Part shown: piece by piece, positions 9,681 through 20,086 of the stretch
Layout: every line of letters starts with the position of its first letter
Position numbering within the stretch: the stretch's first letter is position 1
Origin: Odoribacter splanchnicus
GTDB lineage: Bacteria; Desulfobacterota; Desulfovibrionia; Desulfovibrionales; Desulfovibrionaceae
NCBI GenBank assembly: GCA_963648625.1
Contig: CAVJEZ010000001.1
Coordinates: 1-43,440, forward strand
Length of the DNA stretch: 43,440 nucleotides
Direction: 5' to 3'
Position numbers and translations under genes: made by a program
The notes under the pieces: generated by a model
Databases searched by the model: none
What the model was told of the DNA's origin: nothing
The model's input: the letters and a program-made list of their open reading frames with translations, nothing else

Positions 9681-9718
9681 TTGCCGGCCTGCAGGACAAA
9701 CGCCCTGCAGGCCGGCAA
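9681..9718. terminator. 15-bp perfect hairpin between ilvE and dnaX
   Basis: ttgccggcctgcagg-N8-cctgcaggccggcaa; U-tract weak. Confidence 0.55.
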
Positions 9719-9733
9719 ACATCATATATGCAC

Positions 9734-10654
9734 TTAGATTGTGTACGGAGCAAGCCAGTCCTTGTACTTGGGATTCTGGCCATGGACAACCTTGAAGAAT
9801 TCAGACTGCAGATGCTTGGTCACAGGGCCGGCATGGCCTGCGCCAATCTGGCGGCGGTCCACTTCGCGGATGGGGGTCAGCTCGGCTGCAGTGCCGCAGA
9901 AGAAGGCCTCGTCTGCAATGTAGATTTCGTCCCTGGAGAAGGGCAGTTCTTCGACCACGTAGCCCAGATCCCTGCCAAGCTCGATCAGGGAGGCACGGGT
10001 AATGCCGCCCAGGGTGTTGGTCAGCGGAGGCGTCTTGATCCTGCCGTTGCTCACGATGAAGATGTTTTCGCCCGTGGCTTCGGAGACAACGCCGGCCGGA
10101 TCAAGCATGATGGCTTCGTCAAAGCCGTCGTCAACGGCCTCGCACTTGGCCAGGATGGAGTTGATGTAGTTGCCGCCGGCCTTGGCCTTGGACATCAGGG
10201 TGTTGGGATGGATGCGGGTGAAGGAGCTGGTGCGCACGCGGATGCCCTGTTCCAGGGCCTCGGCGCCAAGATAGGCGCCCCAGGGCCAGACAGCGATAAT
10301 GGTGTGCACAGGGTTGGTGCCGGGATAGACGCCCATTTCCTTGAAGCCCACAAAGGCCAGGGGACGCAGGTAGGCGGCCTTCATCTTGTTGACTTTCAGG
10401 GTCTCGATGCAGGCGTCGTAAATCTGCTCTGCCGTATAGGGCATCTTGATGCGCAGGATTTTGCAGGAATTGACCAGGCGCTGGGAGTGTTCCTTCAGCC
10501 TGAAGACAGCGGAACCGGCATCGCCGCAGTCATAGGCACGGATGCCTTCAAATGCGGAGTCGCCGTAGTGCAAAGCATGGCACATAACTGACACTTTTGC
10601 GTCAGCCCAGGGAACCATTTTCCCGTCGAACCAGATGTAATCGGTAGTAACCAT
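9734..10654 (-). CDS. ilvE: Branched-chain amino acid aminotransferase
   Basis: IWFDGKMVPW, HALHYG..FEGIRAY, KAGGNY (PLP lysine), CGTAAELTPI; start at ATG 10654 after AAGGA. Confidence 0.96.
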   Translation of the reverse strand: MVTTDYIWFDGKMVPWADAKVSVMCHALHYGDSAFEGIRAYDCGDAGSAVFRLKEHSQRLVNSCKILRIKMPYTAEQIYDACIETLKVNKMKAAYLRPLAFVGFKEMGVYPGTNPVHTIIAVWPWGAYLGAEALEQGIRVRTSSFTRIHPNTLMSKAKAGGNYINSILAKCEAVDDGFDEAIMLDPAGVVSEATGENIFIVSNGRIKTPPLTNTLGGITRASLIELGRDLGYVVEELPFSRDEIYIADEAFFCGTAAELTPIREVDRRQIGAGHAGPVTKHLQSEFFKVVHGQNPKYKDWLAPYTI

Positions 10655-10948
10655 TGTAATATCCTTGCTGTTTCCGTACAGGCAGGGCATGTACAAAATG
10701 CCCGGTCCTTTGCGGAAATCCTTATTTTGTAAAGGTCCCTGCCACGATATGCCGCGAACAAGGGGCTCTTTGCTTGAACGGACGCTGCGCCGCAAGGAAA
10801 TAAGCCGGCCTGTCCACCTGGGGAAAGTCCTTTATATAAAGGAAGGAAAGAACAGGCAGAAAGCCTGAGCGGCGATAACGTTGTTTGTACTTAATCTCTT
10901 CCTGCTGTGCAAGCGAACAGTCCAAAGGAACAGCCCGGTGCCACGGCA

Positions 10949-12322
10949 TCAGCCATGCACCCTCTGCCCGCGGGTAAGCTCCCTCTGGTGGCGCCAGTAG
11001 AGGAGGCAGAGGACAATGGTAGTGATGACCCAGCTTATGGGATAGACTGCCATCAGCGTGGTGAAGTCCGGAGTCCAGGCAAATACCGTATAGACCCAGA
11101 TGACGCGGATGGTGCAGATGCACACCAGGGTGGCAATGGCCGGAGGCAGCGAGCAGCCGTAGCCGCGCATGGCATCGGACGTCGTTTCCATGATGACGTT
11201 GATGGGCTCTGCCAGGACCACAAAGAGGATGCGGGTGAAGGCCAGCGAGATGACGGCCTCGTCAGCGCTGAACCAGCCTAAGATCGTTTTGCCAAAGTAG
11301 ATGGCTATGGCCACGAGCAGGCAGGTGGCAGCCATGTTGATGCCCATGGAAATCCAGGTGGCACGGCGGCAGCGGGCAAGATTGCCCGCGCCGTAGTTCT
11401 GGCTCACAAAGGTCGTGGCAGCCAGGCCGAAGGCGTTGATAAAGCAGTAGACATTCATCTCTATGGTGAATGCTGCAACGCAGCCTGCCATTGCCGCAGG
11501 GCCAAGGCTGTTGATTGCCGCCTGTATGAGCAGGTTGGAGAGGGAGAAGACCATGCCCTGGATGCCGGCGGGAAGGCCGATGCGGATCATGGTGGCCAGA
11601 TCCTCGCGGTTGATCTGCAAAAGGCGCCTTGGCGTAAGCCTGAGCTCGTCATGCAGCACAAGCTGCTTCCAGAAGAGGTATCCTGCAGCCAGCACGTTGG
11701 CGAGGACTGTCGCCAGGGCGACGCCCCCTGCAGCCATATGGAAGACAAGCACGACGACGAGGTTGGCGACGGCATTGAAAATAGTGGCAAAGACAAGAGC
11801 CAGCAGGGGCGTCTTGGTATCGCCCTTGCTGCGGAAGACGGCTGCCAGGAAGTTGTAGATGGCCATGAAGGGCATGCCCAGCAGGAATACCCTCAGGTAG
11901 TCGCTGGCAGGCTCGCGCACGGATTCGGGAACAGCCAGGCAGTCAAGCAAAGGCCCGCAGCCAAGCTCGCCGATAATGGTCGTAAGGATGCCAAAGCCCA
12001 GGGCCAGCCCGAAGGCTGTGTGCACGGCACGCCTGGTCCTGTCAGGGCGGTGCATGCCTATGTCCCTGGCCACGACGACGTTGGCGCCCAGGGAAAGCCC
12101 CATGCAGAGGCTCACGGCCAGCCCTATGATAGGAACATTGTTACCCACGGCTGCCATGGCATCAGAGGAGACAAAGTGTCCCAGCACAGCCACGTCGGCG
12201 GCATTGAACATCTGCTGCAGCATGCCGGTGACGGCCAGCGGAATGGCAAAGATGATGATTTTGTCCCACAGGGAGCCTGTGAGCATGTCCATGGACTTTG
12301 ATGATTTGTCGTTGCTTTTCAT
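10949..12322 (-). CDS. MATE family efflux transporter
   Basis: QQMFNAAD, FRSKGDTKTPL, FVSQNYGAG; about 12 TM segments. Confidence 0.93.
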   Translation of the reverse strand: MKSNDKSSKSMDMLTGSLWDKIIIFAIPLAVTGMLQQMFNAADVAVLGHFVSSDAMAAVGNNVPIIGLAVSLCMGLSLGANVVVARDIGMHRPDRTRRAVHTAFGLALGFGILTTIIGELGCGPLLDCLAVPESVREPASDYLRVFLLGMPFMAIYNFLAAVFRSKGDTKTPLLALVFATIFNAVANLVVVLVFHMAAGGVALATVLANVLAAGYLFWKQLVLHDELRLTPRRLLQINREDLATMIRIGLPAGIQGMVFSLSNLLIQAAINSLGPAAMAGCVAAFTIEMNVYCFINAFGLAATTFVSQNYGAGNLARCRRATWISMGINMAATCLLVAIAIYFGKTILGWFSADEAVISLAFTRILFVVLAEPINVIMETTSDAMRGYGCSLPPAIATLVCICTIRVIWVYTVFAWTPDFTTLMAVYPISWVITTIVLCLLYWRHQRELTRGQRVHG

Positions 12323-12565
12323 GGCGTTATGTACGTGTCAGATGCCGTATGCAGGCTGTATGTCGTTTTGTTGGGGGGATAAAAGTGACGTACAGAGTAC
12401 TATAGTTCAAATGAAGTGCGGATCGGAAAAATAAGACGCCGCGCGGCCATGTCAAGCTGTTTCCCATGCCTGCCGCCTGCCGCTTGTTGGCAGTCCATTA
12501 AGGCCATGTTCCTGATGCATCCCAGGGCTCATGCGTTTTGCCTGCATCACAGCCTCTGTTTGTGC

Positions 12566-12609
12566 CTGCTTTCCTGTCTGCTTTCCTGTCTGCTTTCCTG
12601 CCTTCTTTC
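12566..12609. repeat. 12-bp tandem repeat (ctgctttcctgt) x3 plus a partial copy
   Basis: Units at 12566, 12578, 12590 and a degenerate one at 12602. Confidence 0.9.
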
Positions 12610-12729
12610 ACGGTTGACAAGAAAGAGGGAGGGTGAAACAAAAAAGCGTATTTTTGCAAAAGGATGCGGGGTCTTTGCGGCATTGCCGCAGGACTTTCGC
12701 GCACATATATAGTTAAGGCAGGGACCAAG

Positions 12730-14460
12730 ATGGATAAGGCAGCAAATAATGCAGGGATTGTCCTTGGCATTGATGCCGGGGGAACGCATACCGATGCCGT
12801 GTTGTGCGAGGGCGGAAGAATCCTTGGCACAGGCAAGGTGGCAACAGAGCAGGACAATCTGCCGCACTGCATAGCAAACGTCCTGGACGATCTTGCCAGG
12901 GACTGCGGTCAGGATGCCCTGAAAAAGGTTGAGCGGGTGACGCTGGGAACGACGCTCCTGGTCAATGCCTGCGTGCAGGACAGGCTGGACAGGGTAGGGC
13001 TTGTGCTCTCGGCAGGGCCCGGGCTCAGCCCCCTGCGCTTTGCCATGGGAGAGCATGTCTTTGTCGTCCCCGGCGGCCTGGACCACAGGGGCGTGGAAGT
13101 GGACCCCTTAAAAATGGCAGGTCTCAAAGGACAGCTTGAGGCCTGGAAAAAGGAGGGACTGGCGGCCCTTGCCTGTGTCGGCAAATTCTCTCCCCGCAAT
13201 CCTGCCCATGAGCTGGCCATGGACGCAGAGTGCAAAAAAGTCCTGCCTGATGCCGGCATGACGCTGGGACACCGCCTGAGCGGCGAGCTGAATTTTCCGC
13301 GCCGCATAGCATCTGCCTATTACAACAGTGCCTCGCTGCGCCTGCATAACGCCTTTCTCGATGCCGTGCTCGATACTTTGCAACATAAAGGATGTACGGC
13401 TCCCGTATTTCTGCTCAGGGCAGACGGCGGGTCCATGCCATGCAGCGCTTCGCGCCTGTTCCCTGTCCATTCCCTGCTGTCCGGTCCTGCTGCCAGCGTC
13501 ATGGGCGTCATGGCCTTGCAGGAAGGATTAGAGGAAAAATGCACCCTGCTGCTCGACATGGGCGGCACGACGACGGATTTGGCGGTCTTTGTGGACGGCT
13601 CGCCTGTCATGGATCAGGACGGCATGAAGCTTGGCGGACGCAGAACACTGGTACGATCCCTGGCAACAGTATCCATAGGCATAGGCGGCGACTCCGTTTT
13701 GCGCGTGTCAGACGGCGCAGTGAAGGTAGGCCCTGACCGCGAGGGGCCTGCCGCAGCCTTTGGCGGAAAAAGGGCAACCTTGCTGGATGCACTCAATATC
13801 CTTAACGAAGAGGGCGAGGACGAGACTGCCGGCTCCCTTGAGGCCAGCAGGGAAAGCATGAAGGCCCTGGCGGATGAACTTGGGAAAACTGTGCCCGAGG
13901 CAGCCGCACTGGCCTGGAAGGCTGCAGCAGAGTCCATACGCCTGGCTGTATCCGGGCTTGTAAACGATATCAATATGAGGCCCATTTATACCCTGAAGGA
14001 ATTAAAGGAGCATGAGGACGCAAGGCCTGCCTGCGTGGCCCTGACCGGCGGGCCTGCCCTGTGCGTGCGCCACCATCTGGAAGAGGCCCTGAAGCTTCCT
14101 GTCGTCCCTGTTCCCATGGCAGACGTTGCCAATGCCGCAGGGGCTGCCCTTACAAGGCCCTCGGCAAGGCTGGAAGTCTATGCCGGGACTGAGCGCGGGA
14201 CACTGTTTGCCCCTGCGCTTGACATAGCTGAGAAGCTTCCCCGCAATTCTTCCCTGCAATATGTGAAGGAAAGGGCCCTGGCCCTGCTGGAAGAAAAGCT
14301 TGCCAGCGAAGGGATAGCAGACTGTCCCCTGCAGGTTACAAACGCCGACCTCTTTGCCACCCTGACAGACTCAGGATACGGCTCAAGGGACATGCGCGTG
14401 ACCTGCCAGACCGTGCCCGGCCTGACTGCAAGGATTGCCGCGGCCGGAAGCAACAGCTGA
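12730..14460 (+). CDS. Hydantoinase/oxoprolinase family protein (A-type)
   Basis: GIDAGGTHTD, LGTTLLVNA, SLLSGPAASV, LDMGGTTTD, GIGGDS, VANAAGAA. Confidence 0.88.
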   Translation: MDKAANNAGIVLGIDAGGTHTDAVLCEGGRILGTGKVATEQDNLPHCIANVLDDLARDCGQDALKKVERVTLGTTLLVNACVQDRLDRVGLVLSAGPGLSPLRFAMGEHVFVVPGGLDHRGVEVDPLKMAGLKGQLEAWKKEGLAALACVGKFSPRNPAHELAMDAECKKVLPDAGMTLGHRLSGELNFPRRIASAYYNSASLRLHNAFLDAVLDTLQHKGCTAPVFLLRADGGSMPCSASRLFPVHSLLSGPAASVMGVMALQEGLEEKCTLLLDMGGTTTDLAVFVDGSPVMDQDGMKLGGRRTLVRSLATVSIGIGGDSVLRVSDGAVKVGPDREGPAAAFGGKRATLLDALNILNEEGEDETAGSLEASRESMKALADELGKTVPEAAALAWKAAAESIRLAVSGLVNDINMRPIYTLKELKEHEDARPACVALTGGPALCVRHHLEEALKLPVVPVPMADVANAAGAALTRPSARLEVYAGTERGTLFAPALDIAEKLPRNSSLQYVKERALALLEEKLASEGIADCPLQVTNADLFATLTDSGYGSRDMRVTCQTVPGLTARIAAAGSNS

Positions 14461-14520
14461 ACGTGGCAGCAGGAAGCAGGAACAGGATAACAGGCAGGCA
14501 GGACTGCAAGGGAGATCGTA

Positions 14521-15003
14521 ATGGAAGTTGTCCTCTTTGAGCCGGAAATACCGCCAAATACCGGCAATATTGCCAGGCTCTGTGCCGTGACAGGGTCAAG
14601 GCTGCATCTTATAGAGCCCCTGGGCTTCAAGCTTGAAGACCGCTACCTGAAAAGGGCAGGGCTTGACTACTGGCCGCATGTGGAGATGCATGTCTGGCCT
14701 TCCATGGATGCCTTCATGGCTGACAGAGAGGCAACCAGGCCTGAGGCCAGGCTGGTGATCGCCTCCTCAAAAAAGGGCGGCTTCCCGGTGCACCGCTTTT
14801 CCTTCCACGAAAACGATATCCTGCTCTTTGGCAGGGAAACGGCAGGCCTGCCGCCCGAAGTGCGGGATTTGTCCGATTTGCATGTGCGCATTCCCATGCT
14901 GAAGGACCACGGCCGCTGCATCAACCTGGCCACGTCCTGCGGCATCGTCGTCTATCAGGCCCTGGCCAGCAGCGGAGTCCTGGACAATGAAGAATGGTAC
15001 TAA
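14521..15003 (+). CDS. trmL: tRNA (cytidine/uridine 34-2'-O)-methyltransferase
   Basis: VLFEPEIPPNTGNIARLC, LHLIEPLGF, RAGLDYW, FGRETAGLP. Confidence 0.95.
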   Translation: MEVVLFEPEIPPNTGNIARLCAVTGSRLHLIEPLGFKLEDRYLKRAGLDYWPHVEMHVWPSMDAFMADREATRPEARLVIASSKKGGFPVHRFSFHENDILLFGRETAGLPPEVRDLSDLHVRIPMLKDHGRCINLATSCGIVVYQALASSGVLDNEEWY

Positions 15004-16012
15004 GGTAGAAAGTCCCAAAGACGGAACTCCGGGACGAGGAAGTCAAAAAGCAGGAAGTCCAAAAGCAGGAATTTCACTGCAGCTGTGGCTGCTGACCCTG
15101 CTCTGCATGACCATCTTTGCCTGCAACTCGATTTTCTGCAGGGCTGCCCTGAAAGGGGGCAGTGCCATGGATCCCGCTATGGCGTCTTCCATGGCGGCCT
15201 CTGTGGTGCCTTCTATGGGCCCCATGCTGTATACGTCATTGCGCTGCCTTGTGGCAGGCCTTGTGCTGGCACTGCTCTGCCTGGCAGGCATTATTCGTGC
15301 GCCAAAAACAGAAGGCCGGCCGGCAGCGGGAGTATGGAAGGGAGCCCTGGCAGAGAGCAGCTGGGCCGGAGCACTTTTTCTTTTTTTGTACATGTTCTGC
15401 TTTTCCCTGGCCTATGTGGACATTGCCTCGGCCCCGGGAACTCTCGTCCTTAACATGTGCGTGCAGTTTGCCATGGTGGGCTTTGGCATGCTGCACGGGC
15501 TCTATCCAGGACGCCTTGAGTATGCCGGCCTGGCAGTTGCCCTGGCAGGCCTTGTTGCCCTCCTAAGCCCCGGGCTTACCGCTCCTTCCCCGTTGGGGGC
15601 CCTGCTTATGGCCTTTGCCGGCTTTGCCTGGGGCGCATACAGCCTGTGCGGACGAAAGGCAGCCGATGCCGGGCGGGCAACGGCAGGATATTTCTGGCGG
15701 GCATCGCTCTTTGCACTTGCCACACTCGTATTTGCTCTTATATTTGAAACAGCTCCTCATGGAACGGCTGTGCTCTTTGCCGTGGCAGGCGGGCTTGCCT
15801 CGTCTCTTGGCTATATCCTCTGGTATGCCATCGTGCCTAAGTATTCGCTGACCGGCAGTGCCGTGATACAGCTGAGCGTGCCCGTACTGACGGCTTTGCT
15901 GGGAGCCTTTTTTTTGTCCGAAGCCATTACCCTGCGTATCGTTGTCTGTTCGGCCCTGGTCCTTGGCGGCATCTGCATGGCGCTCATGAACAGGAAGGAC
16001 AGGCAGAAATAA
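14987..16012 (+). CDS. DMT/EamA family transporter
   Basis: FACNSIFCRAAL, FSLAYV, AWGAYSL, QLSVPV; about 10 TM segments; start uncertain (17-nt overlap with trmL). Confidence 0.85.
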   Translation: MKNGTKVESPKDGTPGRGSQKAGSPKAGISLQLWLLTLLCMTIFACNSIFCRAALKGGSAMDPAMASSMAASVVPSMGPMLYTSLRCLVAGLVLALLCLAGIIRAPKTEGRPAAGVWKGALAESSWAGALFLFLYMFCFSLAYVDIASAPGTLVLNMCVQFAMVGFGMLHGLYPGRLEYAGLAVALAGLVALLSPGLTAPSPLGALLMAFAGFAWGAYSLCGRKAADAGRATAGYFWRASLFALATLVFALIFETAPHGTAVLFAVAGGLASSLGYILWYAIVPKYSLTGSAVIQLSVPVLTALLGAFFLSEAITLRIVVCSALVLGGICMALMNRKDRQK

Positions 16013-16100
16013 TACGCTTGTCAAAGGCGGGATGTATCGTCAACAAACTCTTGCCGCGTAAATGCTGTCCATTGCTGTAAGGGGTTTAAGGAGTAGCCAT

Positions 16101-17315
16101 ATGTCTCTGTGCACAGTTGAGGAAGCCATTGCTGATATCAAGGCTGGCAAAATGATCATCCTTGTGGATGACGAGGACCGTGAAAATGAAGGCGACCTGA
16201 CCATGGCCGCCGAGTTCGTCACGCCTGAGGCCATCAATTTTATGGCCCATCACGGGTGCGGCCTGATCTGCCTGCCCATGGCGCCCGAGCTGTGCGAGAA
16301 GCTGAAGCTCAATCCCATGACGGAGCGCAACAATTCCATGTATCACACCAACTTTACCGTCTCCATCGAGGCGCGCAACGGCGTGACGACCGGTATCAGC
16401 GCTGCTGACAGGGCAACAACCATCCTGGCTGCCGTGGCCGACAACGCCAGGCCCGAGGACCTGGTGACCCCAGGCCACATCTTCCCGCTGACTGCCCGTC
16501 CCGGCGGCGTGCTTGAGCGCACCGGCCAGACAGAAGGCTCCGTGGATCTGGCCAAGCTTGCCGGACTGAAGCCCGCAGCCGTCATCTGCGAGATCATGAA
16601 GGAAGACGGCACCATGGCCCGCATGCCTGACCTTGAAGTCTTCGCCAAGAAGTTCGACATCAAGATCGCCTCTGTCCACGACATCATCCGCTACCGCCTG
16701 GAACGCGGCCAGGTGTCCGTGGAATGCGTGGCCCATGCCCATCTGCCCTCCACCTTCGGCGACTTTACCGTCTATGCCTATGAGAGCAAGATTGAAAAGG
16801 GCACGCACCTGGCCCTTGTCAAAGGCGACATTACTACGCCCGAGCCCGTGCTTGTGCGCGTGCACAGCCAGTGCCTCACAGGCGATGCCTTAGGATCCCT
16901 TCGCTGCGACTGCAGGGGGCAGCTCGGTGCCGCCCTGCGCCAGATTGAGAAGGAAGGGCGCGGCTGCCTGGTGTACATGCGCCAGGAAGGCCGCGGCATA
17001 GGGCTTGCCAACAAAATCAAGGCCTATGCCCTGCAGGACCAGGGCTATGACACGGTGGAAGCCAACATGAAGCTGGGCTTCCCCCCGGATCTCAGGGACT
17101 ACGGCACAGGCGCCCAGATCCTGGTGGATCTTGGCATCCACAAGCTGCGCCTTTTGACCAACAACCCCAAGAAGATCAAGGGCCTTGCCGGCTACGGCCT
17201 GGAAGTCGTGGACCGCGTGCCCATCGAGATAGAGGCCTGCGAGGAAAACAGGCACTATCTTGAGGTCAAGAAGGAAAAAATGGGCCACATCCTGAGCGGC
17301 ATCCGCTGCCACTAG
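16101..17315 (+). CDS. ribBA: Bifunctional DHBP synthase / GTP cyclohydrolase II
   Basis: [31 protein letters not shown]...[18 protein letters not shown]. Confidence 0.96.
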   Translation: MSLCTVEEAIADIKAGKMIILVDDEDRENEGDLTMAAEFVTPEAINFMAHHGCGLICLPMAPELCEKLKLNPMTERNNSMYHTNFTVSIEARNGVTTGISAADRATTILAAVADNARPEDLVTPGHIFPLTARPGGVLERTGQTEGSVDLAKLAGLKPAAVICEIMKEDGTMARMPDLEVFAKKFDIKIASVHDIIRYRLERGQVSVECVAHAHLPSTFGDFTVYAYESKIEKGTHLALVKGDITTPEPVLVRVHSQCLTGDALGSLRCDCRGQLGAALRQIEKEGRGCLVYMRQEGRGIGLANKIKAYALQDQGYDTVEANMKLGFPPDLRDYGTGAQILVDLGIHKLRLLTNNPKKIKGLAGYGLEVVDRVPIEIEACEENRHYLEVKKEKMGHILSGIRCH

Positions 17316-17402
17316 GCATTTTTTACAAGTATGAAAAAGAGGGGGACTGTCCGGCAGATGCCGGCAGCTCTCCTCTTTGTTTTTGAAAAAGGTACATGAG
17401 CC

Positions 17403-18398
17403 ATGCGCTACCTGCGTCTGAAGAGCACGGATCCGACCCTGAACCTGGCCATTGAGGAAGCCCTCTTTGCTTCGCTGGACGAGCAGAGCGAGCCTCTTTT
17501 CATGCTTTGGCAGAATGCCCCCAGCATCATCATAGGCTGCCATCAGAATGCCCTGCAGGAAATAAACAGCCGCGAAGTGGAAGAAAGGCATCTTCCCGTT
17601 GTCAGGCGCAGCACGGGCGGCGGTGCGGTGTACCATGATCTGGGCAACCTGAATTTCTCCTTCCTTGAATACAGAAAGGGTGTCAGGCAGACAGATTTCA
17701 GGCGCTACCTTGAGCCCATAGTCAGGGGCCTTGCCCGCTGCGGCGTGGACGCAGTTATAAAAGGGCGCAATGACCTTGAAGTGCAGGGGCGCAAGATATC
17801 GGGATCTGCCCAGCGCCTCTCACAGGGCAGGGTGCTGCATCATGGCACATTGCTTGTGGATGCGGATTTTGAAGCCATGACCAGGGCCCTGACTCCTGAT
17901 CCGGAAAAATACCTCTCCAAGGGCATTGCCTCTGTCAGGGCACGCGTGGCCAATATCAGCTCTTTCTGGGACAAGGGCACAACGCTTGAAAAGCTCTGCT
18001 CAATGATTGCGGAAGAGGCCGGAGGAATATCGTGCACTATGCCGGAAGCAGTGCTTGAGCGTGCTTATGCGCTGCAAAAGGAACGCTATGGCTCATGGGA
18101 CTGGAACATAGGCAAGTCGCCTGCCTTTACAACAAAGACTGAAAAGCGCTTCCCCTTTGGCCGCATCCAGATCTGCCTTGCCGTGGAAGGCGGCGTTATT
18201 ACGGCCTGCCGCCTCTACGGGGACTTCTTTGCACAGAGACCGGTGGCTGAGCTTGAAGAGCGTATAGCAGGCTGCCGGAGCAGCCGCGAAGATCTTGAAA
18301 AGGCCCTGCAGGGCGTCTGTTATGCCGATTATTTCAGCGGCGCAAAAGACAGCAATGCAGAGGACGATCTGCGCAGCTTCTTCCTGGATGCCCTGTAG
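17403..18398 (+). CDS. lplA: Lipoate-protein ligase A
   Basis: NLAIEE, VVRRSTGGGAVYHDLGNLNFS, GRNDL..GRKISGSAQ, HHGTLL, W(D)WNIG. Confidence 0.93.
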   Translation: MRYLRLKSTDPTLNLAIEEALFASLDEQSEPLFMLWQNAPSIIIGCHQNALQEINSREVEERHLPVVRRSTGGGAVYHDLGNLNFSFLEYRKGVRQTDFRRYLEPIVRGLARCGVDAVIKGRNDLEVQGRKISGSAQRLSQGRVLHHGTLLVDADFEAMTRALTPDPEKYLSKGIASVRARVANISSFWDKGTTLEKLCSMIAEEAGGISCTMPEAVLERAYALQKERYGSWDWNIGKSPAFTTKTEKRFPFGRIQICLAVEGGVITACRLYGDFFAQRPVAELEERIAGCRSSREDLEKALQGVCYADYFSGAKDSNAEDDLRSFFLDAL

Positions 18399-18888
18399 CA
18401 GCAACGGGGCTCTGAGCAGGCCTTGCAGCACAGGCAGGCAGAAGAGACGGCAGTGATACACTACAAAATGGTGCGCCCGGTGATGCCGGATGATACCGTG
18501 CAAATAATATGATTAAGGTATCAGGAAGGCAGCTGGAATCTGCCCCGCTATTTTGCCAGTAAGAAATTTTGTCAATAAAACAAAGATGTTGCAGAGGTGT
18601 ATGGCATCTTTTCCTGATGCCTTTTTTAAGGTAGCAAAACAAGAGTCTGCTTCCCCGTGAGGTTGCGGGAACACTGGCCGGCCAGGGCAAAGTGAAAGAG
18701 AAAAAAGTGGCAAAGAGGCAAACAGGGGCAGCAAACAGGTAGTGAAAAGAAAGATTTGTGCATCTTGTTGTCTCTTTTCTTGTTTTCACCCTGCCAGTGT
18801 GCTAATGAGTCAGTTATAGCAGTATAATTTTAACGGCTTCTGCTCCTGTGCGTCTTTTTTTCGGCAGGAGCATGAAAAAGGAGTAGCT

Positions 18889-19977
18889 ATGGCTGAACTT
18901 CTCTATACGCCCCTGTCCCGCTGGCATGAAGAGCATGGCGCCAAGATGGCCCCCTTTGCCGGCTGGTATATGCCCATCCAGTATGAAGGCATTCTGGCAG
19001 AGCACAAGCACACCCGCGAATGTGCCTCTGTTTTTGATATCTGCCATATGGGCGAATTCCTGGTCAGCGGACCCGATGCAATGGACCGCCTCATGCGGGC
19101 TGTCAGCCACAGCCTGGCAAACCTGGCTGAAGGGCGCTGCCGCTACGGCTTTATCCTGAATGAGAAGGGCGGCGTCCTGGACGACTGCATCATCTACCAC
19201 TTGGGACCTGATTCCTACATGGTCGTTGTCAATGCAGCCTGCAAAGGCCAGGACCTTGCTGTCCTGAAAGAACGCCTGCACGGCCTTAACGTCACCGATA
19301 TTTCCGACAAGACTGCCAAGATTGACATCCAGGGCCCCAAGGCCGTGGAAATCATGGAAAAGTTCCTGGGCGAGGACCTGAGCGGCCTTGGCTATTTTGC
19401 CTTCCGCTACACCACCTGGCGCGGCCACAAGCTGATGGTCAGCCGCACCGGCTATACCGGCGAACTGGGCTATGAGCTCTATATTGATGCCAGCCAGGCC
19501 GTGGCCTTGTGGGAAGCATTGCTTGAAGACGAACGCGTCCGTCCTGCCGGGCTTGGCGCCCGCGACACCCTGCGCATGGAATGCGGCATGGCCCTCTACG
19601 GCCATGAGCTTGATACAGAGCACACCCCTGTGGAAGCCGGCCTTGGCATCATGATGAAGAGCGAGGCCGACTACGTGGGCAAGCAGGGCCTGGGCCAGAT
19701 CCGCGAAAAGCTTCTGCCCTTGCAGCTTGAGGGACGCCGCGCTCCCAGGCACGGAGACAAGGTCGAGCTTGACGGCAAGGTTGTGGGCAGTGTCACTTCC
19801 GGCACCTTTGCCCCGTCTTTGGGTTATTCCATCGCCTTTGCCTGGGTCAGCGCCGATGCTGCCGATGCCGGCGCCTACAATATCGTGACATCCAGGGCCA
19901 GCCTCGCTGCCAAGACAGTGCAGTTGCCTTTCTACAAGAACGGCACGGCCCGTACCAAGCTTGCTCCCAAAGCCTAG
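18889..19977 (+). CDS. gcvT: Glycine cleavage system T protein
   Basis: FAGWYMPIQY, FDICHMG, SRTGYTGELGYEL, GLGARDTLRME. Confidence 0.96.
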   Translation: MAELLYTPLSRWHEEHGAKMAPFAGWYMPIQYEGILAEHKHTRECASVFDICHMGEFLVSGPDAMDRLMRAVSHSLANLAEGRCRYGFILNEKGGVLDDCIIYHLGPDSYMVVVNAACKGQDLAVLKERLHGLNVTDISDKTAKIDIQGPKAVEIMEKFLGEDLSGLGYFAFRYTTWRGHKLMVSRTGYTGELGYELYIDASQAVALWEALLEDERVRPAGLGARDTLRMECGMALYGHELDTEHTPVEAGLGIMMKSEADYVGKQGLGQIREKLLPLQLEGRRAPRHGDKVELDGKVVGSVTSGTFAPSLGYSIAFAWVSADAADAGAYNIVTSRASLAAKTVQLPFYKNGTARTKLAPKA

Positions 19978-20086
19978 CCCCAATGGCCTGGTCTTAAGGA
20001 TCCGGCTTCATTTTGCAAACAACATTCCCTGCCTTTTTGCTTGTGGGCAGGGAAAACAACAATACCGAACAGTCAGGAGAATCGTC

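Noticed and set aside
9610..9733. SRP RNA (ffs), often found upstream of dnaX
   Set aside because: Conserved SRP core (CAGG..GGAAGGAAGCAG) not present; only a simple hairpin
9521..10591. 356-aa plus-strand ORF
   Set aside because: Antisense shadow of ilvE caused by GC-rich codon bias; no motifs
16013..16100. FMN riboswitch before ribBA
   Set aside because: Intergenic region is only 88 bp and lacks RFN motifs
18399..18888. Glycine riboswitch
   Set aside because: Conserved GGAGA...CCGAAG...CTCTCAGG motifs not found
18814..19983. 389-aa minus-strand ORF
   Set aside because: Antisense shadow of gcvT
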